Assembly (NCBI GenBank): GCA_963832165.1
Contig: CAWHTE010000011.1
Location: forward strand, 480,001 to 544,000
Direction of reading: 5' to 3'
Source of the DNA: an uncultured delta proteobacterium
Lineage (GTDB): Bacteria > Myxococcota_A > UBA9160 > SMWR01
DNA: 64,000 nucleotides
Made by a program: the position numbers and the translations under genes. The notes beneath the pieces are model-generated. The model was not told the DNA's origin and ran no database searches. It worked only from the letters and a program-made list of their open reading frames with translations. Shown here piece by piece: positions 1 through 8,716 of the stretch (its first letter is position 1; each line of letters begins with the position of its first letter).

Positions 1-589
1 GCTCGATGTGGGCCGTGCCCGCGTTCGTGATCACACCCACGCGCGGCTGCGCGATCGCCGCGAGGCGCGCGATCTCTCCGCGGTGGTTCATGCCGAGCTC
101 GACCACGACGCTCTTGTGCTCTGCTCCGCGGCGCAGGAGCGTGAGCGGCAGGCCGAACTCGTTGTTGAGATTGCCCTCGTTCTTGAGACACGGCCCCGCG
201 ACCGCGAAGATCGCCGCGCACATCTCCTTGGTAGTGGTCTTGCCGTTGCTGCCTGTGATCGCCACGAGCGGCCCGCTGTAGCGCCGGCGGTGGCCCGCCG
301 CGATCGCGCCGAGCGCGCTCGTCGTGTCCTCCACTGCGATCGCGCAGCCCGCCGTCTCGGGCGCCTTGCGACCCGCGCGCAGCACCACACCGGCCGCGCC
401 CGCACGCACGGCATCCTCGAGGAAGTCGTGGCCGTCGAAGCGCGCGCCCGAGATCGCGACGAACAACGAGCCAACCGGCACGTTGCGGCTGTCGATCGAG
501 ACTCCCGTGAAGCGCGCCTCGCGCGCGCCGCGCACGAGCTCGCCGCTGCTCCAGCGCAGCGCGTCGTCGGCGGAGAACGGCTCGCTCAT
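1..589 (-). CDS. murF: UDP-N-acetylmuramoyl-tripeptide--D-Ala-D-Ala ligase (5' part, runs off window)
   Basis: Manual translation from ATG 589: MSEPFSADD...VSIDSR...ITGSNGKTTTKE...GNLNNEFGLPLTL...ELGMNHRGEI; directly downstream of murE. Confidence 0.95.
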   Translation of the reverse strand, partial: MSEPFSADDALRWSSGELVRGAREARFTGVSIDSRNVPVGSLFVAISGARFDGHDFLEDAVRAGAAGVVLRAGRKAPETAGCAIAVEDTTSALGAIAAGHRRRYSGPLVAITGSNGKTTTKEMCAAIFAVAGPCLKNEGNLNNEFGLPLTLLRRGAEHKSVVVELGMNHRGEIARLAAIAQPRVGVITNAGTAHIE

Positions 590-2217
590 CGTCCCCCCGG
601 CCGATCTTCGCTCGAGCCCTTATGGTCTTCGCTCGCCTTCGGCTCGCTGCGCGAAACTTGCGGCTCGCTGCGCGCCGCACGGCTGGCATTGCGTGCGCGC
701 AGCGCCCGCACTGCCTCGGAGCGGTCGGAGAACGGCAGACGCTCGCGTCCGAGGATCTGATAGTCCTCGTGGCCCTTGCCGGCGATCGCGACCGTGTCGT
801 CGGGTCCCGCGATCGCGATGGCCGCGGCGATCGCGGCGCGCCGATCGGGGATCCGCGCGTAGCTGCGATCAGCGTCGAGCGCGGAGGCATCCACGCGCGT
901 GAGCCCCACGAGGCCGCGCTCGACGTCGTCGAGGATCCGCTCGGGATCCTCCGTGCGCGGATTGTCGCTCGTGAGCACGACGCGGTCGGCATGGCGCGCC
1001 ACCGCCTCGGCCATGCGCGGGCGCTTCCCGCGGTCGCGGTCGCCGCCGCAGCCGAATACGGCGATCAGGCGCCCGCGGCACAGCGGCCGCAGCGTCGCGA
1101 GCAGCTTCTCGACCGCATCCGGCGTGTGGGCGTAGTCGACGATCACGCGCGGTCCGTCGGCGCCGCTCACCCGCTCGATGCGGCCCGGAACCTGGCGGCA
1201 CGAAGCCACGCCCGCGGCGATCTGCGCCGGGCTGACTCCGAGTGCGACGCCGATCCCGACCGCGACGAGCAGGTTCTCGAGGTTGAAGTCGCCCAGCAGC
1301 GGAAGCGAGAGTGCGATCTCGGCACCCGGCAGCGCGAGCGCAGCGCGCGTGCCATCCTCGCCGAGCTCGGCCGAGAGCAGCCGCACTTCGGCATCGCCGT
1401 GCGCGTCGCGCGAGACGCGGATCGCGCGCGCGCCGGCCGCGCGCGCCGCGTCCACGAACCAACTTCCGCTCGGATCGTCGACGTTCACCACGGCCGCTCC
1501 CTCGGGAGCGAGATGGTTCTTCATCAGCAAGAGCTTCGCTTCCCGGTAGCGGTCCATGTCGCCGTGGAAGTCGAGGTGGTCCTGGGTGAGGTTCGTGAAC
1601 GCGGCCACCGCGAAGCGGCAGCCCTCGACGCGGCCGAGATCGAGCCCGTGCGACGACACCTCCATCACGGCGGTGTCGATTCCCTGCGTGCGCATGTTTC
1701 GCAGCGTGCTCTGCAGGTCGAGGCTCTCGGGTGTCGTGTTGCGCGGGCGCTCGCGCACGTCGCGGTAGCGGACCTCGACGGTGCCGATCAGCCCGACCGA
1801 GCGCCCCGCGCTCGCGAGGATCGACTCGGCGAGATAGGTCGTGCTCGTCTTGCCGTTGGTGCCCGTGACGCCGACGAGCGCGAGCTCGCGGCTCGGATAC
1901 CCGAAGAAGCGCGCTGCGATCGGCGCGAGCGCGCGGCGCGAATCGGGCACGACGACGCCGCACGCGGTGCCGAGCACAATCGCGTCGGGCAGCTCTTCGA
2001 CGATCAGCGCCGCCGCTCCGAGATCGAGCGCCGAGCGCAGATAGGCGTGTCCGTCGGTGTCGGCGCCGCGCAGCGCGAAGAACGCGTCGCCGGGTGCGAC
2101 CGCCCGCGAGTCGTACACGAGTCCGCGGATCACTGGATCGCCGCCCGCCGATCCCGCTACGCGCTGCGTCGGCGCGTTGTGCGCGGGCAGTGCGTCGAGC
2201 AACGCCGCCAGACGCAT
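586..2217 (-). CDS. murE: UDP-N-acetylmuramoyl-L-alanyl-D-glutamate--diaminopimelate ligase
   Basis: GVTGTNGKTST, TTPES, FTNLTQDHLDFH, DYAHTPDA, FGCGGDRD, DNPR (DAP specificity), AGKGHEDYQ; ATG overlaps the ftsI stop. Confidence 0.96.
   Translation of the reverse strand: MRLAALLDALPAHNAPTQRVAGSAGGDPVIRGLVYDSRAVAPGDAFFALRGADTDGHAYLRSALDLGAAALIVEELPDAIVLGTACGVVVPDSRRALAPIAARFFGYPSRELALVGVTGTNGKTSTTYLAESILASAGRSVGLIGTVEVRYRDVRERPRNTTPESLDLQSTLRNMRTQGIDTAVMEVSSHGLDLGRVEGCRFAVAAFTNLTQDHLDFHGDMDRYREAKLLLMKNHLAPEGAAVVNVDDPSGSWFVDAARAAGARAIRVSRDAHGDAEVRLLSAELGEDGTRAALALPGAEIALSLPLLGDFNLENLLVAVGIGVALGVSPAQIAAGVASCRQVPGRIERVSGADGPRVIVDYAHTPDAVEKLLATLRPLCRGRLIAVFGCGGDRDRGKRPRMAEAVARHADRVVLTSDNPRTEDPERILDDVERGLVGLTRVDASALDADRSYARIPDRRAAIAAAIAIAGPDDTVAIAGKGHEDYQILGRERLPFSDRSEAVRALRARNASRAARSEPQVSRSEPKASEDHKGSSEDRPGGR
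623..661 (-). repeat. Intragenic 39-bp repeat, copy 1 (in the murE 3' end)
   Basis: Reverse complement gcaagtttcgcgcagcgagccgaaggcgagcgaagacca matches 59607-59645 at 38/39 nt. Confidence 0.85.
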
Positions 2218-4304
2218 CAGCGACCTCCGCGCGCCGACGCGACTGCGGCGGGCGCCGCAGCGCTCCGCTGCGCCGCGGGGCGGAAGTGGATCCGCACGAT
2301 CTCGTTTCCCGACGCCACCACGCTGCCCGGCGGCGGTTCCTGGCGCACGGCGAGTCCGTCGCCGTGCAGTTCGGCGCGCAGTCCGTTCTTCGCGGTGACC
2401 TGGCTCACCTCGCTCTTCGAGAGCCCGGAGAAGTCGGGCAGCAGCACGCGATCGCGGAATGCGGAGACCGCCACCGTCGGAGGCGCGGGCTTGGGCTCGG
2501 TGCGCGGTGCGCGCACGTCGGCGCTCGGCGCGCGCGCGGGCAGGGCGGGTCCCGCGCTCGACACGGGCGGCAGCTCGGGCGTGGGCGACTTCGCGCGCGC
2601 GATCTGCGTGTCGCTGCGGCGCAGGAAGATCCCGCGGTGAGCGAGCTGGCCCGGTGCGACCTGCGCGAACAGCGGCGCAGCGGACGCGCCGCCGGTGTGG
2701 AGCGGGTACTTCGGTTCGTCGAGCTCGGACACGATCACGATGCGCGGGTCGTCGGCAGGAGCCATGCCGATGAACCAGGCGCGGAAGCGAGTCTGCGAGT
2801 AGGTGCCGCTCGCCGCATCCCACTTCTGCGCGGTGCCGGTCTTGCCCGCGACGCGCACGCCCGGCAGCGCAGCCGCGCGCGCGGTGCCCTCGTTCGTGAC
2901 GACCGTCTCGAGCATGCTGCGCAGCGCCTTCGCGGTCTCCTCGGAGATCACGCGGTGCACCACTTCGCTGCGCGTGGGCTGCCACGCTCCGTTCGGCGCG
3001 CGGCGCGCCGCGATGAGACGCGGCCGCACGAGCAGTCCGCCGTTGGCGATCGCGGACGCCGCGCTCGCAAGCTGCACCGGCGTCACGCTGATCCCCTGTC
3101 CGAACGAGATCGTGGCGTGGTCCACGGGCTTCCACTCGCGCCAGCCGCGCAGGAGGCCCGACGATTCGTCGGGGAACAGGCTGCGCGTCGAGATCCCGAA
3201 GCCGAACGCGCGCAGCATTTCGAAGTGCGCGCGCGGCCCGAGCGCATAGCCGATCTTCACCGCGCCGATGTTGCTCGACAGGCGCAGCACTCCGGCCGGG
3301 TCGAGCGGGCCGAAATCGCGCTTGTCGGTGATCGTCTTGCCCGGAACGCGCATCCGGCCGCCTTCGGTGTCGATGACGTCGCTGCGCGAGATCGCGCCGC
3401 GGTCGAGCGCACCCGCGACCAGGAACGCCTTCATCGAGGAGCCGGGTTCCATCGCGTCGAGGAACGCGCTCGATCGCGTCGCCGCATAGGGAGTGCGGCG
3501 GAAGCGGTTCGGGTCGAAACCCGGAAGCTCCGCGGCGGAGAGCAGCTCGCCCGTGTGGGGGTCCATCGCGATCACGAGGCCGCCGCGCGCGCCCGTGCGT
3601 TCGACGGCGGCCGCGAGCGCGCGCTCGGCGTCGGCCTGGAGCGTAGCGTCCAGCGTGAGCGCGACGTCGCCGCCCGCGGTCCCCCAGGTGGTCTTGGAGT
3701 CCTGGAGCAGGAAGCGGCCCGACCCGTCGCGCTCGACGCGCAGCCGGCGCGTGGTACCGCGCAGCCACGCGTTCTCCTGCTGCTCGATGCCGCGCGCGCC
3801 GTTGCCGTCGATGTTGGCGAAGCCGACCACGCGCGCGGCGAGCTCGCGATACGGGTAGATCCGGCGCGGCTCGGTGACGAGACCCACTCCCGCGAGCTTC
3901 GCGGCGGCGATCTTCTCGCTCTGCTCGGGTGTGATCCAGCGGCGCACGAACGAGAAGCCCTTGCGGCGGCGGAACGTGTTCGTGAGCTCGCGTCGATCCG
4001 CGCCCAGGATCGCACCGAGCGTGCGCGCCGCGGTTGCCGGATCGCGCACCTCGCGGCCCACCGCGTACACCGACGGCGCCTCGACCGTGAGCGCGAGACT
4101 CGTGCCGTTGCGATCGACGATGCTGCCGCGGTCGGGCAAGAGCGTCATCATGCGTTCGGTCTGGTCGTCGCCGCGCTGCGCGCCGCGTTCGTCGAACACC
4201 GATAGATGTGCCGCGCGCGCTGCGAGCACTGCGAACATGCCGAGGAGCGCTGCGCGCGCGATGGCCACGCGCCGGGCGCTCGTCCGCACGTCCGCAGATC
4301 TCAT
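2217..4304 (-). CDS. ftsI: Peptidoglycan transpeptidase PBP3 with C-terminal PASTA-like domain
   Basis: N-terminal TM; RGSIVDRNG; EPGSSMK (SxxK); SSN; KTGTAQ; dcw position. Confidence 0.95.
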   Translation of the reverse strand: MRSADVRTSARRVAIARAALLGMFAVLAARAAHLSVFDERGAQRGDDQTERMMTLLPDRGSIVDRNGTSLALTVEAPSVYAVGREVRDPATAARTLGAILGADRRELTNTFRRRKGFSFVRRWITPEQSEKIAAAKLAGVGLVTEPRRIYPYRELAARVVGFANIDGNGARGIEQQENAWLRGTTRRLRVERDGSGRFLLQDSKTTWGTAGGDVALTLDATLQADAERALAAAVERTGARGGLVIAMDPHTGELLSAAELPGFDPNRFRRTPYAATRSSAFLDAMEPGSSMKAFLVAGALDRGAISRSDVIDTEGGRMRVPGKTITDKRDFGPLDPAGVLRLSSNIGAVKIGYALGPRAHFEMLRAFGFGISTRSLFPDESSGLLRGWREWKPVDHATISFGQGISVTPVQLASAASAIANGGLLVRPRLIAARRAPNGAWQPTRSEVVHRVISEETAKALRSMLETVVTNEGTARAAALPGVRVAGKTGTAQKWDAASGTYSQTRFRAWFIGMAPADDPRIVIVSELDEPKYPLHTGGASAAPLFAQVAPGQLAHRGIFLRRSDTQIARAKSPTPELPPVSSAGPALPARAPSADVRAPRTEPKPAPPTVAVSAFRDRVLLPDFSGLSKSEVSQVTAKNGLRAELHGDGLAVRQEPPPGSVVASGNEIVRIHFRPAAQRSAAAPAAVASARGGR

Positions 4305-4654
4305 CGCGTAGCTACGGCGCCCGCGCGAGTGCGCAGATCGATCACGTGTTCCGGGGGCGCGAAGCCGCGCTTCTGCGCGAGCTCGACGAGGCGCGACGGA
4401 TTGCGCCGCGCCTCGAGCGTGGCGGTCTGCTGCCGCTGCTGCTGCACGAGCGCCTTCTCCTCGCGGATCGCCTCGCCGAGCGCATAGCGCACGCGCAGGA
4501 TGTCGATGCGCAGCGCCGCGAGCGCGAGCGCGCACGCGAAGCCGACCCCGACCAGCCAGGCGATCCGACGCGTGGAGAGGCGGCCCGTCGCGCGTACGCG
4601 CGCGAAGTCGCGGCCGACCAGGTCCCCCGTTGCACGCCGCACCGTTGCACTCAT
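4301..4654 (-). CDS. ftsL: Cell division protein FtsL-like
   Basis: Small protein with one TM and a coiled coil ending NPSRLVELAQKRGFAPP; lies between rsmH and ftsI with ATGA overlaps. Confidence 0.8.
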   Translation of the reverse strand: MSATVRRATGDLVGRDFARVRATGRLSTRRIAWLVGVGFACALALAALRIDILRVRYALGEAIREEKALVQQQRQQTATLEARRNPSRLVELAQKRGFAPPEHVIDLRTRAGAVATR

Positions 4655-5616
4655 GCCGCCTCCGCCTCCGCCACCCGCTCCGCGGCCCGCAGCCGGGCAG
4701 AACGCGCGCGGGGGTTTCGAGAGATCTCGATCGCACCCGGCGAAACCGGGCGGCGCGTGAGCACGCGCAGCCGCACGGGCTTGCCGCACACGCAGACGGG
4801 GACGTGCGGCGGGCAGGTGCAGCCGCGCGCCGCGTCGCGCAGGCCGTTCTTCACGATCCGATCCTCGGCCGAGTGATAGGCGATCACCACGAGCCGCCCG
4901 CCCGGGCGCAGCGCGTCGATCGCGGCGTCGAGGCCGTCGGCGAGCGCGCCGAGCTCGTCGTTCGTGGCGATCCGCAGCGCCTGGAACACGAGCGTCGCGG
5001 GGTTGTGGCTCCGTCCGCCGCCGACGCGCGCTTCGTGGATCACGCGCACGAGATCGGCCGCGGTGCGCAGCGGTGCGCGCTCGCGTGCGGCGACCAGCGC
5101 GCGCGCGAGCCGGCGCGCGCCGCGCAGGTCGGCGTAGCGGCGCAGCCAGTCCTCGAGCTGCTCGGCATTCGCGCGATGCAAGAGCTCCGCGGCATCGGGT
5201 CCCGCGCCCGCATCCATGCGCATGTCGAGCGGGGTCTCGTGCGCCGTGTCGGTGCCGAAGCGGAATCCGCGCGCGGGCGTATCGAGCTGGTGCGACGAGA
5301 CGCCGAGGTCGAGCAGCACGCCGTCGACGCGGCCATCGCCCTGCTCGGCGAGCACCGCGCGCAGGTCGCGAAACGACGCGTGCACGAGCCGCACGCGATC
5401 GCCGTAGCGGGCCAGCCGCTGCGCTGCGACCGCGAGCGCGTCGCGGTCGCGATCGAGTCCGATCAGCCGCCCGTCGGGCGCGCTGCGCTCGAGGATCGCC
5501 TCGGCGTGTCCGGCGCCGCCGACGGTGCCGTCGACGACGAGCGAGCAGGGCTGCAACGCGAGCCAGTCCAGGCTCTCTTCGAGCAGCACGGGCGCGTGTG
5601 CGAACTCAATGGCCAC
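4651..5616 (-). CDS. rsmH: 16S rRNA m4C1402 methyltransferase
   Basis: HAPVLL, DGTVGGAGHA, DLGVSSHQLD, PLDMRM, FQALRIATN, YHSAEDRIVK, NPRARSARLR. Confidence 0.96.
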   Translation of the reverse strand: MAIEFAHAPVLLEESLDWLALQPCSLVVDGTVGGAGHAEAILERSAPDGRLIGLDRDRDALAVAAQRLARYGDRVRLVHASFRDLRAVLAEQGDGRVDGVLLDLGVSSHQLDTPARGFRFGTDTAHETPLDMRMDAGAGPDAAELLHRANAEQLEDWLRRYADLRGARRLARALVAARERAPLRTAADLVRVIHEARVGGGRSHNPATLVFQALRIATNDELGALADGLDAAIDALRPGGRLVVIAYHSAEDRIVKNGLRDAARGCTCPPHVPVCVCGKPVRLRVLTRRPVSPGAIEISRNPRARSARLRAAERVAEAEAA

Positions 5617-5889
5617 AAAGGGGCTCCCAACCCATGCCCCAAGAGAAGGAGCCGCAGCTCCCCGCCCGTCCGAGCGGCTCGCTTCGCGACCCCGCGCAGG
5701 GCCGAATTCGGCCCGCCGGTCGCAGGGCGGGAGCTGGGGTGCCTCGGAGCACCTATCTCCTTGAAAACCGGGCTGTCCCCCCCATTGACTGACCCGATTT
5801 CTTCAGGAGCGGTGCTCCGAGAACACCCCCAACCTCTCATTGTCCGGAGACGGACTTGCCTCCCCCGGACCCCCCCCGCTTGTAACTCC
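5617..5889 (-). ncRNA. Candidate structured cis-regulatory RNA between mraZ and rsmH
   Basis: Four adjacent stem-loop domains, including a 94-nt hairpin (5736-5829) and the perfect palindrome gggccgaattcggccc (5699-5714). Confidence 0.5.
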
Positions 5890-6333
5890 TCAGTTGCCCA
5901 GCTTCGCCGCGAGGGACATCGCCATCTCCTCGAAGCGGGCCTGGGTCTGGATCAAATTCGCTTCGAACCGCGCCGAGTTCCAGAGTTCGATCTTGGGCCC
6001 GACGCCGGCTACGGTCACGTCTCGCTCGAGTCCCGCGTACTCCCGGAGGTGCTGCGGGACGAGGATCCGGCCCTGCTTGTCGACCGGACATTCGACCGCG
6101 CCCGAAACCATCATTCGCGCGAGGGCCTGGGCCTGCGGGTCGATCGTCGCGATGCCCACGATCCGCTCCTCGAACAGCTGCCAGTCGTCGTACGGGTGCA
6201 GCTCGAGGCACTGGTGGGCGTTGGTGAGGATCGGCGGGTGATCGCTGCGCCGCTGGAGTTCCGATCGGAAGCCGGCCGGAAGACTCATGCGGTTCTTGCT
6301 GTCGATCGTATGCACGAAGCGGCCTCTGAACAT
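5890..6333 (-). CDS. mraZ: Division/cell wall cluster transcriptional repressor
   Basis: MFRGRFVHTIDSKNRMSLPAGFR and VDKQGRILVPQHLREYAGL (two DxxxR AbrB-like motifs). Confidence 0.96.
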   Translation of the reverse strand: MFRGRFVHTIDSKNRMSLPAGFRSELQRRSDHPPILTNAHQCLELHPYDDWQLFEERIVGIATIDPQAQALARMMVSGAVECPVDKQGRILVPQHLREYAGLERDVTVAGVGPKIELWNSARFEANLIQTQARFEEMAMSLAAKLGN

Positions 6334-6394
6334 CTGCGTTTCAGTGCGCGGGAGCCGTCCTCTGGCCGACTGGGTCACCGGGGCTGGATCGGAA

Positions 6395-6450
6395 CCACCG
6401 GTTTACCACTTAACCCCACCCGACGGCGCATTTTTACCACCGGATACCAC
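6395..6450 (-). promoter_or_regulatory. Putative MraZ-binding repeats
   Basis: CCAC on + (GTGG on -) at 6395, 6406, 6416, 6437, 6447, about 10-bp period, upstream of mraZ. Confidence 0.7.
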
Positions 6451-6623
6451 CGGCCGCAACAACTTTTTTTCGTGCCCTCGCATATTTCCTGCCGGAGTTG
6501 CGAGTCGACTACAAGATCTCGTGCTGTGGAATCGGGTCTCCCACAAGATGCTGCGGGTCCAGAAATAGTGATCCAGCTCACGTGACCGGGATCACCAGCG
6601 GCCCACGTGGGCCGCGACCCCAC

Positions 6624-7679
6624 TCAGCGCGCGCCGATTCCCGGGATCTGCGACCCGTGGACCGCGGCCGCACGCGCGACCAGGCCCTCGAGCACGCTGC
6701 CGGGCGCGAGGTCGGGCCCGGTGGGCCACGCGGGCGCGTCCGCGAGCAGTCCCGCGACTAGCGCTTGGACGCCCTCGCGCAGACCGCGCAGCGAATAACC
6801 TCCCTCGAGCACGAATAACATCCGGCCGCCCGACAGTTCGTCGGCGAGCGTGCGCACGATCGCGGTGAGCGCCGCATAACCCGATTGGGTGACGCGCATT
6901 GCGGCGAGCGGATCGTCCTCGTGCGCGTCGAAGCCGCACGAGATGATCCAGTAGTCGGGTCGGAACGCGCGCGCCGCAGGCGCGAGGATGCGCTCGAACA
7001 CGCCGATGTATTCGGCGTCGCCGCAGCCTGCAGGCATCGGGACGTTCAGCGTCGCGCCCTCGCCGCGCCCCGTGCCGATCTCGCGCGCGGCGCCGGTGCC
7101 GGGATAGAACGGGTACTGGTGCGTCGAGACGTAGAGCACCGACGGATCCGACTCGAACGTGTGCTGCGTTCCGTTGCCGTGGTGCACGTCCCAGTCGAGC
7201 AACAGCACGCGCTCGACGCCCGCCTCGCGCTGCACGGCGCGCGCCGCGATCGCCGCGTTGTTGAACAGACAGAATCCCATCGCGCGATCGCCCTCGGCGT
7301 GGTGCCCGGGCGGTCGCACCGCAGCGAAGCCCGCGCGCGCCGCACCGCTCGCAACGCGCAGCGCGAGATCGGTGCAGCCGCCGGCCGCGAGCAGCGCCAC
7401 GTCGTAGCTCGCGGCCGACACGAACGTGTCCGGGTCGAGCTGCGCCGTACCCGCGGCCGCGGCGCGTCGCACGAGCTCGACGTGTGCGCGTTCGTGCACG
7501 GCGTAGAGCTCGTCGGGCGAGGCTTCGCGCGGCGCGCGTCGCGCGAGCGCACCCCCGAAGCCGTCGAGCGCCTCTGCCACGGCCCGCAGCCGCTCCGGGC
7601 GCTCGGGGTGACCGGCCGGCCCCGCGTGCTCCGCGTAGCGCGGATCCGTGATCACCTCGACGCCGCGCTGGGCATCCAT
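6624..7679 (-). CDS. Histone deacetylase family (Zn-dependent amidohydrolase)
   Basis: HPERPERL, RPPGHHA, MGFCLFNN, DWDVHHGNGTQ, GFDAH, LEGGY. Confidence 0.93.
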   Translation of the reverse strand: MDAQRGVEVITDPRYAEHAGPAGHPERPERLRAVAEALDGFGGALARRAPREASPDELYAVHERAHVELVRRAAAAGTAQLDPDTFVSAASYDVALLAAGGCTDLALRVASGAARAGFAAVRPPGHHAEGDRAMGFCLFNNAAIAARAVQREAGVERVLLLDWDVHHGNGTQHTFESDPSVLYVSTHQYPFYPGTGAAREIGTGRGEGATLNVPMPAGCGDAEYIGVFERILAPAARAFRPDYWIISCGFDAHEDDPLAAMRVTQSGYAALTAIVRTLADELSGGRMLFVLEGGYSLRGLREGVQALVAGLLADAPAWPTGPDLAPGSVLEGLVARAAAVHGSQIPGIGAR

Positions 7680-7742
7680 CGCTTCGCATGGTATCCCCGT
7701 GCCGCAAGTCGCGCGAAGCGCGCGGGGAGGAGGGCACCGTCG

Positions 7743-8711
7743 GTGCCGACCAGCGGACCGGGCGTCGTCGCAATCCTGGGCATGCAGACCTTCGTGGGCC
7801 AGGAGCTCGCGTCGCGGCTGCTCGCGCGGGACCTCCGGCTGGTGGGCCTCGACGTGCGCCGCCCGTTCGGCATCGACGAACGCGTGAAGTTCCACCGCAT
7901 CGACCTCACCGATCCGCGCGCGGACGCGAGCCTCGCGGAGGTCTTTGCGAAGGAGCACGTCGAGGCGGTGCTGCACGCAGCGTTCCGGACCGATCCGACC
8001 CCCGAAGTCGAGCTCGATCACGAGCTCGACACGATCGGCAGCCTGCACGTGATGAACGCGTGCGCGGCGGCGAAGGTGCACCGCCTGGTCGTAGCCTCGA
8101 GCACGATGCTGTATGGGCCGCACCCGGACAATCCCAACTACTTGAGCGAAGCGCATCCGCTGCGCGGGCATCCCGCGGCGCACGCGGTGCGCGATCGAGT
8201 CGAGATGGAGCGGCTGCTCGCCGATTGGCGCGAGCGCCATCCCGGTGTCGAAGTCACCGTGCTGCGCGCGTGCTGGCCGATCGGGCCCACGTTCTCGAAT
8301 CGCGTCGTTCGCTATTTCTCGCTGCCGGTCGTGCCGCTGCCGATCGGCTACGACCCGCTGCTCCAGCTCGTGCACGAGCAGGACCTGCTCGACGCGTACG
8401 AGCGCGCGGTGCTCGAGCCGCATCCGGGCGTGTTCAACGTGGTGGGCAGCGGCGTGTTGCCGGTGTCGACGCTGTTCCGGCTCGCGGGCAAGAGCACGAT
8501 TCCGCTGCCCTCGCTGGTGCTCGACCGCCTCTCCTACTATCCCTCGCAAGGGCAGACCGGCGATCCGCCCGCGGCCTTCTTCGACTACCTCCGCTACCTC
8601 TGGGTGGCCGACGGACGGCGCGGCTGGGATGCGTTCGGCGAGCCCGCCTACTCGACGAAGGAGGCATGGATCTCCTTCGTTTCGTCGCGGCGCATGCGCC
8701 GCTATCGGTGA
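7743..8711 (+). CDS. NAD-dependent epimerase/dehydratase (extended SDR)
   Basis: Rossmann-like start ILGMQTFVG, VLHAAF, SSTMLYG, DPLLQLVHEQD, GVFNVVG; GGAGG upstream of GTG. Confidence 0.85.
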   Translation: MPTSGPGVVAILGMQTFVGQELASRLLARDLRLVGLDVRRPFGIDERVKFHRIDLTDPRADASLAEVFAKEHVEAVLHAAFRTDPTPEVELDHELDTIGSLHVMNACAAAKVHRLVVASSTMLYGPHPDNPNYLSEAHPLRGHPAAHAVRDRVEMERLLADWRERHPGVEVTVLRACWPIGPTFSNRVVRYFSLPVVPLPIGYDPLLQLVHEQDLLDAYERAVLEPHPGVFNVVGSGVLPVSTLFRLAGKSTIPLPSLVLDRLSYYPSQGQTGDPPAAFFDYLRYLWVADGRRGWDAFGEPAYSTKEAWISFVSSRRMRRYR

Positions 8712-8716
8712 ACGCG

